A DNA stretch of 47,454 bases from a virus (taxonomy: Duplodnaviria > Heunggongvirae > Uroviricota > Caudoviricetes). The position numbers and the translations under genes were made by a program. This document shows, piece by piece, positions 7,906 through 14,325 of the stretch. The notes under the pieces were generated by a model. The model ran no database searches. It saw only the letters and a program-made list of their open reading frames with translations, and was not told the DNA's origin. Numbering within the stretch: position 1 is the first letter of the stretch; each line of letters starts with the position of its first letter. The stretch is taken from positions 83,348 through 130,801 of IMG/VR virus record IMGVR_UViG_3300033121_000823; one strand, 5' to 3'.

Positions 7906-8130
7906 ACAAGTGTATTTATACTATGTAGTTCCCTAGCTCGCTACCCCCCGTATGGTGAAAGGAGTAAGTTGGCTAACTCGTTTTTTCATTTATTATACTA
8001 TCTACCTACCTGACTAACAATGCTACCTTTGGCGAATGGGATGACTTGGCTGGGACAATAGCTCGTTTGGCGACGCAAGTAGGTTGGCTGAGCCAACAAA
8101 GAAACCCCGCTGGAGCGTCCTCCAACGGGG
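7906..8130 (-). repeat. Regulatory cassette B: terminator, 3 x 38-bp unit, 2 promoters
   Basis: Boxes at 7969, 8046, 8084; -10/-35 at 7915/7938 and 7992/8015; terminator 8097-8130. Confidence 0.75.
8097..8130 (-). terminator. Intrinsic terminator
   Basis: CCCCGTTGGAG-GACG-CTCCAGCGGGG followed by TTTCTTTT. Confidence 0.8.
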
Positions 8131-8481
8131 TGGGTCTTAATCTCGGACCATTGGTCGCCCACTCCAATGTGCCCATAGCCGATATTATTGGGCTACCACT
8201 CTTATCGGCGTGGAGTGGCAATCCCTTCAGTTGGGACCGTCGCGAATATACACTAATCTTCTCCTGACATCGTTGACTTGTATCAAACTCTCTGCTGGGA
8301 ACTTTTTTTTAGTTCATCGTTGATTGACTCGTTGCATAGCGGCGACTATGCATCCACTTGCCAAGTGGCGTTTACGGTTAATTCGAGTTTAGTCAATCTC
8401 TCGATGCGAGATAGAGTTTCGTCAGTTTGGGTTAGTCCCCCTAACCCTTCATCACTGTTCTCTATGATATTCTCCCTTACA
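8097..8481 (-). ncRNA. Candidate ~385-nt structured non-coding RNA, family not recognised
   Basis: Bounded by promoter (-10 at 8488-8493) and terminator; no credible ORF; about 11 stems read by eye plus a 7-bp loop-loop complement (8178-8184 with 8203-8209). Confidence 0.6.
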
Positions 8482-8487
8482 GGATTG

Positions 8488-8695
8488 ATTGTACTAACTA
8501 GGTCACTGGCTTGCTACCCCCCATATGGCGGCGGGTCTGGTTTGGCTGACTCAAAACTATTCATTATACTTGCTTGTTACCTAACTAACTATCCCCCATT
8601 TGCCGAATAGGTTAACTTGGCTAATACAATCACCCACTTGGCGAATGGGTTAGGTTAGGTAAGTCAACGAAGAGACCCCGATTTCTCGGGGTCTC
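8488..8695 (-). repeat. Regulatory cassette C: terminator-like hairpin, 3 x 38-bp unit, 2 promoters
   Basis: Boxes at 8542, 8617, 8655; -10/-35 at 8488/8511 and 8563/8586; 10-bp GAAA-loop hairpin 8672-8695. Confidence 0.75.
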
Positions 8696-8709
8696 AGTTG
8701 GTTCAGTTG

Positions 8710-8916
8710 CTACTTCACTTTCACAACCTTACCATCTTTCAACTCAACCTTGGCGTACCAAGTGTGAGGCTTCGGATAATGCGGTCCTCCGACCGCAGTT
8801 GTTCCGTTCTCGGGAACTGTCCCGAGTCCAGGGGCAAACACACTGACAGATTCTCCGGAAGAAACGGCCTCTTTTAGAGCCTTCTTTGTCTTGAAGTTTG
8901 GCGATACGTAGAACAT
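8710..8916 (-). CDS. Small hypothetical protein; start revised to MFYVSPNF at 8916
   Basis: GGAG SD before ATG 8916; KTKKALKEAV...GGPHYPKPHTWYA...KDGKVVKVK. Confidence 0.75.
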   Translation of the reverse strand: MFYVSPNFKTKKALKEAVSSGESVSVFAPGLGTVPENGTTAVGGPHYPKPHTWYAKVELKDGKVVKVK

Positions 8917-8986
8917 GTTTTGAACTCCAAAAACACCCATGAGAACCTGCCCCACATTGGGGCAGGCTATTTACCGACTTCCACTA

Positions 8987-9190
8987 CTACTTCTTGTCCT
9001 CCCATTCCTTAATGCCATACTGCTTCGCAGTCTGGGCAGTCGTGATTTTCTCCCACCCCGCCTCCGTTGGGGACATATTGCGACCGCACGCCAGACAACG
9101 CGTTCCGTTGCGTCTTGCCATCACTACCTTGGAAATCATACGGCGAGCACCACAATCGCACACATGCAGAATCGACAATCCCTTAGCCAT
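8987..9190 (-). CDS. Small zinc-ribbon protein; start revised to MAKGLS at 9190
   Basis: GGAG SD 8 nt upstream; CDCG...CLACG cysteine pairs. Confidence 0.7.
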   Translation of the reverse strand: MAKGLSILHVCDCGARRMISKVVMARRNGTRCLACGRNMSPTEAGWEKITTAQTAKQYGIKEWEDKK

Positions 9191-9233
9191 CGGAAAATCT
9201 CCAAACAAGTTAAAGTTTCTGACCACTGTGACC

Positions 9234-9363
9234 ATTGTACTTTCTACCTAACTAACTAACTACCCCCAGATTGGCGAAAGGGGTATATTGGGTGAGTCAA
9301 TCCCCCATTTGGTGAGGGGAGTAGGTTGGGTATGCCAACGAAAAAGCCCCGCTTTCGCGGGGC
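9234..9363 (-). repeat. Regulatory cassette D: terminator, 2 x 38-bp unit, 1 promoter
   Basis: Boxes at 9288, 9326; -10/-35 at 9234/9257; terminator GCCCCGC-GAAA-GCGGGGC-TTTTT at 9341-9363. Confidence 0.75.
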
Positions 9364-9372
9364 GAGTTTCTC

Positions 9373-9567
9373 TTAATATCCGATAATTCTATCGAAGATA
9401 AGAGGATAGAAAAAACTGTCTGCCCCGCAGACTAATTCCCCTGATTCCCTACCGTTTACATACGATAGAAAATCGTTATGTGGGATTCGTCGTAAGAACG
9501 CTCGTTCTTTTTTCTTTTCAATTTCAATCTCTTCCGCAATCATCCCAACTTGAAACCATGTCAACAT
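9373..9567 (-). CDS. Hypothetical protein; start revised to MLTWFQVG at 9567
   Basis: GGAGG SD; N-terminus nearly identical to 9982..10197. Confidence 0.7.
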   Translation of the reverse strand: MLTWFQVGMIAEEIEIEKKKERAFLRRIPHNDFLSYVNGRESGELVCGADSFFYPLIFDRIIGY

Positions 9568-9584
9568 ACTTCTACCTCCAAAGA

Positions 9585-9607
9585 GGGGCGAGCAAACCAC
9601 TCGCCCC
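9585..9607 (-). promoter_or_regulatory. Leader hairpin GGGGCGAG-TGGTTTG-CTCGCCCC
   Basis: Perfect 8-bp stem just upstream of the SD; near-copy at 9945-9967. Confidence 0.65.
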
Positions 9608-9621
9608 GAGTTCGTGAAACA

Positions 9622-9834
9622 CTACTTCCCGTTGAATCGGTCGGCCCATTTTTGGGCCGTTTGCCGTTTCTCGTCCATTGGTTCAGTTCCCTCCCATAAG
9701 AGGAAACACTTCAGCGGAACCCGTCGCATCTTTCGGTCGAGTCCGATAACCTCAAAACCGGGTTTCGGCTCATCCACTCGTTCAACCGTTGCCGTACCAA
9801 CTAGGAACTCTTTTCCTTCATACATTCCAACCAT
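9622..9834 (-). CDS. Hypothetical protein; start revised to MVGMYEG at 9834
   Basis: In frame with track ORF 9622..9900; follows the stop of the 28-aa ORF by 1 nt. Confidence 0.65.
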   Translation of the reverse strand: MVGMYEGKEFLVGTATVERVDEPKPGFEVIGLDRKMRRVPLKCFLLWEGTEPMDEKRQTAQKWADRFNGK

Positions 9835-9835
9835 C

Positions 9836-9922
9836 TTACTTTCCCCTATACAGAATCTCGAAGTAGACGCACGCACAAGCGTACGCCATAAACCCGCCAA
9901 GAAACCAAGCCAACCACTCCAT
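9836..9922 (-). CDS. 28-aa single-TM protein MEWLAWFLGGFMAYACACVYFEILYRGK
   Basis: AAGGA SD upstream; hydrophobic core with basic tail. Confidence 0.6.
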   Translation of the reverse strand: MEWLAWFLGGFMAYACACVYFEILYRGK

Positions 9923-9944
9923 TAGTATATTCCTTTATCCAAGA

Positions 9945-9967
9945 GGGGCGAGCGAACCACTCGCCCC
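9945..9967 (-). promoter_or_regulatory. Leader hairpin GGGGCGAG-TGGTTCG-CTCGCCCC
   Basis: Copy of the 9585-9607 hairpin. Confidence 0.65.
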
Positions 9968-9981
9968 AAGTTTCTTAACGA

Positions 9982-10197
9982 CTATTCACTCATGTTTACC
10001 TCGACTCTTATACACGCCTTCCAAATTGATTGCTTGCTCAAAGTATTCTGCGTACTGTCCTCCAAGTGTTCCATCATCATTTCTAGGCCAGCAAAGAACT
10101 CGACTGCCGCTTCCTTTGACGGGAAAGATGGAATTCCAAGATATTCACGCTCGACAATCGCTAGGGCAATTACCCCAGCTTGAAACCATGTAAACAT
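9982..10197 (-). CDS. Hypothetical protein (71 aa)
   Basis: MFTWFQAGVIA start; GGGGA SD. Confidence 0.7.
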   Translation of the reverse strand: MFTWFQAGVIALAIVEREYLGIPSFPSKEAAVEFFAGLEMMMEHLEDSTQNTLSKQSIWKACIRVEVNMSE

Positions 10198-10216
10198 GCT
10201 ATTGTCCCCTAAAAGT

Positions 10217-10265
10217 GGGGGGAAAGAACCATTTTCCCCCAGTTTCGTTTCGTCATGGTTCGACG
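10217..10265 (-). promoter_or_regulatory. Two-hairpin element with complementary 7-nt loops
   Basis: CGUC-GAACCAU-GACG then GGGGGAAA-AUGGUUC-UUUCCCCC on the minus strand. Confidence 0.55.
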
Positions 10266-10272
10266 TTTCCGA

Positions 10273-10737
10273 CTAGGATAGTCGGATAGTTTCCGTAAAC
10301 TCGCGAAGGAACCTTAGTTCCCCCGCTTCTGTGGGGGATTCGATAATCCCCTCTGTTTCGTCCGCTCCAACCTGATGGGTTATCGGGATTTTATCCCAGT
10401 CCCCATTGAATTGGGCGGCTAGACAATTTTGGGCTTTAGCCCAATTTGCTAGCTTATCCAAGTTGGGGGGAACTACCGTCCACCCTTTCGCCCCTTCTAC
10501 CCACAGAATGGAGCGAATAGCTTTGGCTAGTTCTAGCTCCCTTTCAAACTTCTCAGTCTGGTCGATACTTTTCTTGTGAGAGTTATTGTTAACCCATTCC
10601 GTTACATGAGTTTCGGCAGGGTCAACCTGAATAATTTTCCCATATAGGGGATGTTTTGAGATACGGCAGATAACCGTATCACCACCGTAAATTTCTCCAT
10701 ACCCCTTCTTGGGGACTTCCCTATAGCCTATCAACAT
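10273..10737 (-). CDS. Hypothetical protein (154 aa)
   Basis: Overlaps upstream gene by 7 nt; no motif recognised. Confidence 0.75.
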   Translation of the reverse strand: MLIGYREVPKKGYGEIYGGDTVICRISKHPLYGKIIQVDPAETHVTEWVNNNSHKKSIDQTEKFERELELAKAIRSILWVEGAKGWTVVPPNLDKLANWAKAQNCLAAQFNGDWDKIPITHQVGADETEGIIESPTEAGELRFLREFTETIRLS

Positions 10738-11066
10738 TCAAAACCTCCCTCCCCCAACTGGGGGACTTCTTGCTTCTCCCTCTTAGGGGCAGGAGATTTC
10801 CCCAACTTGTCGGGGGGAATAATATCCCCTAGACTTTCCACTACTTCCAGACTTCCGTTCATTCTGTCGAACCGATATGAACGGAATGTTACGCCACCCC
10901 TTCGGAGTGTACCTACGTCGATATATTGCTTACCGACATAGGAAACTTGCCCCTTTACGGGATAGGGATTAGATAGGACTATCCTATCCGTCCCATCCTT
11001 TTGGGGAAACGTACTTATCTTTTGATAAGTAAACTCTACCCATTCCCCTACGCTGGGGATTATCAT
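10731..11066 (-). CDS. Hypothetical protein (111 aa), first gene of the leftward block
   Basis: GGGG SD before ATG; beta-rich N-part, low-complexity C-tail. Confidence 0.7.
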   Translation of the reverse strand: MIIPSVGEWVEFTYQKISTFPQKDGTDRIVLSNPYPVKGQVSYVGKQYIDVGTLRRGGVTFRSYRFDRMNGSLEVVESLGDIIPPDKLGKSPAPKREKQEVPQLGEGGFEC

Positions 11067-11513
11067 GTCAATGCCCCTATCTGTTGATTGTGTACGCTAC
11101 TCGCCCATACTGTTCCCCTAGCCCATGTGTAAAGCTAGGGTAATGTGGCGAGTCTCAAGTTGTGAAAGAGCGAAGCGGGGCATTCTCTCGCCCCGCGTTC
11201 TGATTTTATCGGCGAGTCAACAGTTTGGAAATAGGGTATTTTCCAAGTTTCTTGTAACTTATTATCCCGCAATAGTTTACGTCGCGAGAATTCCGCAAAA
11301 ACGCCTAGACTGGACATTTGGTATTTAGTAATTCGTCCCATTAGTGTATCGCTAGTTCGGATGGGTTTATCCCCCCCATTCTATTTCCCCCGTTCGGGTG
11401 GGTTTACCCCCCAAAAAATGCCGGGGGTTCCATCAACAATACACGTATTTCATACATATTGTATCACCCAAACTACTCCTTTCATCAACCGTAACTCACG
11501 CCCCAACTTATGC

Positions 11514-11557
11514 TTACGCACTTCAAAGTTGCAAAATATAATATTCCTACATATATA
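11514..11557 (+). promoter_or_regulatory. Possible sigma70 promoter(s) for the phage sigma gene
   Basis: TTACGC-17-TATAAT (11514-11542) and TTGCAA-17-TATATA (11529-11557). Confidence 0.45.
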
Positions 11558-11592
11558 CTTAGAGGAATTTAATATATTAATAGGAAAAAAAT

Positions 11593-12150
11593 ATGCACAT
11601 TACCCCACAACAACTAGAAGAGATAGAAAACGTAGCTAAAAGGCTAGCACCAAAATACGTCTTTCCAGGTTATGACCTAGAGGATATTATTCAGGAAGCT
11701 ATTATCATTGGCCTTAACAGTTTTCAACTGTATGATGAAAGTAGAGGAACTTTTTCCGCCTACATGTATGTCCATATTAATAATCGTTTAAAGACGCTTA
11801 AGCGCGACAAGTACTATAGGCCGCTTCCAATGAATTGCAAGGAATGTTTAGGGGCAAAGAGTTCCGTAAATGAAGATGAGTTATGCCCAACTTGCCAGAG
11901 CAGGGCAAAACGTAATGAGACAAAACGTGGAATCGCATCACCAGTTAATATTGGCGAAATTGATATTGAGGAAGCTCGCGTCGAAGACGCGTTAGAGATT
12001 GAGGAAGCTAGGCAAAAAATTGCCGATAAGCTTCCAATGGATATGCGCGAAGACTACCTACGTATGCTCGATGACTTCTACGTTCCAAAGGCCCGCCGTC
12101 TATTAATAGAAGAGGAAATAAGAGGAATTTTACATGAATCAACCGAATAA
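11593..12150 (+). CDS. Phage sigma-factor-like protein with Zn-ribbon insertion
   Basis: Region-2 pattern EDIIQEAIIIGL...YDESRGTFSAYMYVHINNRL..LKR; CKEC-x12-CPTC; helical C-terminus. Confidence 0.8.
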   Translation: MHITPQQLEEIENVAKRLAPKYVFPGYDLEDIIQEAIIIGLNSFQLYDESRGTFSAYMYVHINNRLKTLKRDKYYRPLPMNCKECLGAKSSVNEDELCPTCQSRAKRNETKRGIASPVNIGEIDIEEARVEDALEIEEARQKIADKLPMDMREDYLRMLDDFYVPKARRLLIEEEIRGILHESTE

Positions 12151-12916
12151 ACGCGGCCCTTGGTCAGCCGAAGAAAAAATGTATATGGAGGAAAACGCCG
12201 CCCGTTTAACTCCAAAGCAAATGGGCGAATATTTACAGCGCGACCCAGAGGCCATTGAACGCTATATCAAGGGCGGAATGTACGGACAGAATCAACGTAC
12301 TATAAAGACGGCTGAAAATTACCTACTCCGTTCCCCAACCTGGGAGGACTTAAAACAACAATTCACAAAGGAAGAATTGGATATGTTCTTATATCATTGG
12401 GGCCGAATTATAAGTCAATTCAAGGATGACGTGCTTCCTACGGAAGAATTGCAAATTATAGACACAATTAAGTTGGATATTCTCATGAATCGTATATTGC
12501 GAACACAGTATGAAACTAATAAGACAATTAGTGAACTCGAACTGAAGATGGTGCAAACGGCCGACCTTAACCTCCTAGACAACTACAATCGGCAGTTAGG
12601 GATATTGCGTGCATCCTTGTCAAACACGGATAAGACATACCAAGACATGCTTTCCAAGAAAGAAGGAATCCTCAAAAGCATGAAGGCAACGCGTGATTCG
12701 CGCGTAAAGGTTGCCGAAAATTCGCGCCAGAACTTCACGATGTGGCTCCGCCAAATAATAGAAGATAAGGATACTAGGAAGGAACTTGGCCTATACCTCG
12801 AAAAGATGCGTATAGCAACAGAGTTCGAAATACGGCGACTATCCGAGTATCACAAATACGCGGACGGCGCACTAGACCAACCATTACTAAATGCGGAGAC
12901 CGCGAACCATGAATAA
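12134..12916 (+). CDS. Putative terminase small subunit (Myb/SANT-like N-terminus, coiled coil)
   Basis: KRGPWSAEE...Myb-like start; position upstream of TerL; TerS role is positional inference. Confidence 0.5.
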   Translation: MNQPNKRGPWSAEEKMYMEENAARLTPKQMGEYLQRDPEAIERYIKGGMYGQNQRTIKTAENYLLRSPTWEDLKQQFTKEELDMFLYHWGRIISQFKDDVLPTEELQIIDTIKLDILMNRILRTQYETNKTISELELKMVQTADLNLLDNYNRQLGILRASLSNTDKTYQDMLSKKEGILKSMKATRDSRVKVAENSRQNFTMWLRQIIEDKDTRKELGLYLEKMRIATEFEIRRLSEYHKYADGALDQPLLNAETANHE

Positions 12917-13889
12917 GACGGCAATAATCACCGGAATTACCGGCCAAGACGGGTCATACCTTGCGGAAAACTTGTTAGGGCGCGGCTATAAGGTAGTTGG
13001 CGTGAAACGGCGTAATTCAACGGCTAACACTGGCCGCCTCCGCAACATAATGACACACGCAAACTTCTATCTGGAAGAAGGCGATATAACAGATTCCTCT
13101 TATGTATTTTCTTCTCTATTAACTTATAAGCCAACTCACATTTTTAATTTAGCTGCCCAAAGCCATGTAGCAACATCCTTTCATCAACCTATGTTGACGT
13201 TTGACGTTACTGGGAAGGCAGTCCTGAATTATTTGGAAGCAATAAAATTGCTATGTCCGAGCACCCGATTCTATCAAGCTTCTTCCTCGGAAATGTTTGG
13301 AAGCTCGGTTACTCGTCAAAACGATGAAGCCTTCCAAAATGAATCAACGCCATTTATGCCACAATCTCCTTACGCTGTTGCGAAGCTATCAGCTCATCAC
13401 TTAGTCCGTTTATATAGAGAGTCCTATGGACTATTCGCCGTTAGTGGAATCCTATTTAATCACGAAAGTGAAAGAAGGGGTGACCTGTTTGTAACAAAGA
13501 AAATTACAAACTATGTTAGGTCGCTACGCGATGGCACTCAAAAGTTTTATCTAGAACTCGGTAACATGGATGTATTCCGCGATTGGGGACATGCCGAAGA
13601 TTATGTTGAGGCAATGAGATTAATGATAGAAGCCGACGAACCGGACGACTTCGTCGTTGGCACTGGCGAAACACACAGCGTACGCGAATTTGCCGAAATA
13701 TCCTTCTCGTTAATAGGGAAAAAATCAAGTGATTACATCCATATAAATAAAGAATTATTTCGGCCCTCCGAAGTAAACTTCTTGCGCGCGGACGCACGAA
13801 AGATTCGCGAAAAACTAGGGTGGCAGCCAAAAATATCTTTCGGCGACCTCATAAGGAGAATGCTCAATGATAATACTTCAGGATATTAA
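12909..13889 (+). CDS. gmd: GDP-mannose 4,6-dehydratase
   Basis: TGITGQDGSYLA, NLAAQSHV, YQASSSEMFG, SPYAVAK, GILFNHES, RDWGHA; start placed at MNKTAII. Confidence 0.95.
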   Translation: MNKTAIITGITGQDGSYLAENLLGRGYKVVGVKRRNSTANTGRLRNIMTHANFYLEEGDITDSSYVFSSLLTYKPTHIFNLAAQSHVATSFHQPMLTFDVTGKAVLNYLEAIKLLCPSTRFYQASSSEMFGSSVTRQNDEAFQNESTPFMPQSPYAVAKLSAHHLVRLYRESYGLFAVSGILFNHESERRGDLFVTKKITNYVRSLRDGTQKFYLELGNMDVFRDWGHAEDYVEAMRLMIEADEPDDFVVGTGETHSVREFAEISFSLIGKKSSDYIHINKELFRPSEVNFLRADARKIREKLGWQPKISFGDLIRRMLNDNTSGY

Positions 13890-14325
13890 GGAAAAGATAC
13901 CGTGGGACTTCACGCTTTACAGTGATGTTTCGGCGCAAAAAGTTAAATACATGAAGACTGGCGACTACACGGTTGAAGGTCACGAAAAATCAATATGTAT
14001 TGAAAGAAAGCGAACGACCGGCGAAATATCTTTAAACCTTGGTAGTAAATATAAGCAATTTAAGGATGAATTTGACCGTATGCAAGCCTTTGAACACCGT
14101 TTTGTAATATGTGAATTTCCACTATGGTTAATAATGGACTTCCCAAAGAATTCCGGCATTCCAAAGTTTAAGTGGAAGTATTTACGGGTAAATGGCAAGT
14201 TTCTATACAACCGCTTCATGGAACTATCTAACGAATATAATGTTCCCGTATGCTTTACAAATTCCTCGCTAGAAGCGCAAGACCTAGCAATAGCCCTAAT
14301 AAGAGATAGAGTATGTCCAACATAA
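13867..14325 (+). CDS. ERCC4/XPF-type PD-(D/E)XK nuclease
   Basis: TGDY...ICIERK motif followed by F.DE.DRM. Confidence 0.8.
   Translation: MIILQDIKEKIPWDFTLYSDVSAQKVKYMKTGDYTVEGHEKSICIERKRTTGEISLNLGSKYKQFKDEFDRMQAFEHRFVICEFPLWLIMDFPKNSGIPKFKWKYLRVNGKFLYNRFMELSNEYNVPVCFTNSSLEAQDLAIALIRDRVCPT

Noticed and set aside
8340-8395. GACUA/UAGUC as group I intron P7
   Set aside because: No recognisable P4-P6 (P/Q) elements, too little space, and no interrupted gene.
8415-8460. Hammerhead or box C/D motifs (GUGAUGA, CUGACGA, CUGA) in the candidate RNA
   Set aside because: No GAAA correctly placed after a stem II, and the flanking stem needed for a C/D kink-turn does not pair.
8349-8466. ATA-started 39-codon ORF after GGAG in the candidate RNA
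   Set aside because: Non-standard start and no recognisable protein pattern; cannot be fully excluded without homologs.
8278-8610. Track ORFs 8278..8610 (+), 8006..8221 (-), 8046..8267 (+), 6972..7214 (+) as genes
   Set aside because: They run through promoter cassettes and terminators, lack SD sequences, and are best explained by GC-rich structured sequence.
6993-9338. 38-bp periodic repeats as a CRISPR array
   Set aside because: Units are degenerate, often directly adjacent, the intervening pieces are promoters that recur, and no cas genes are present.
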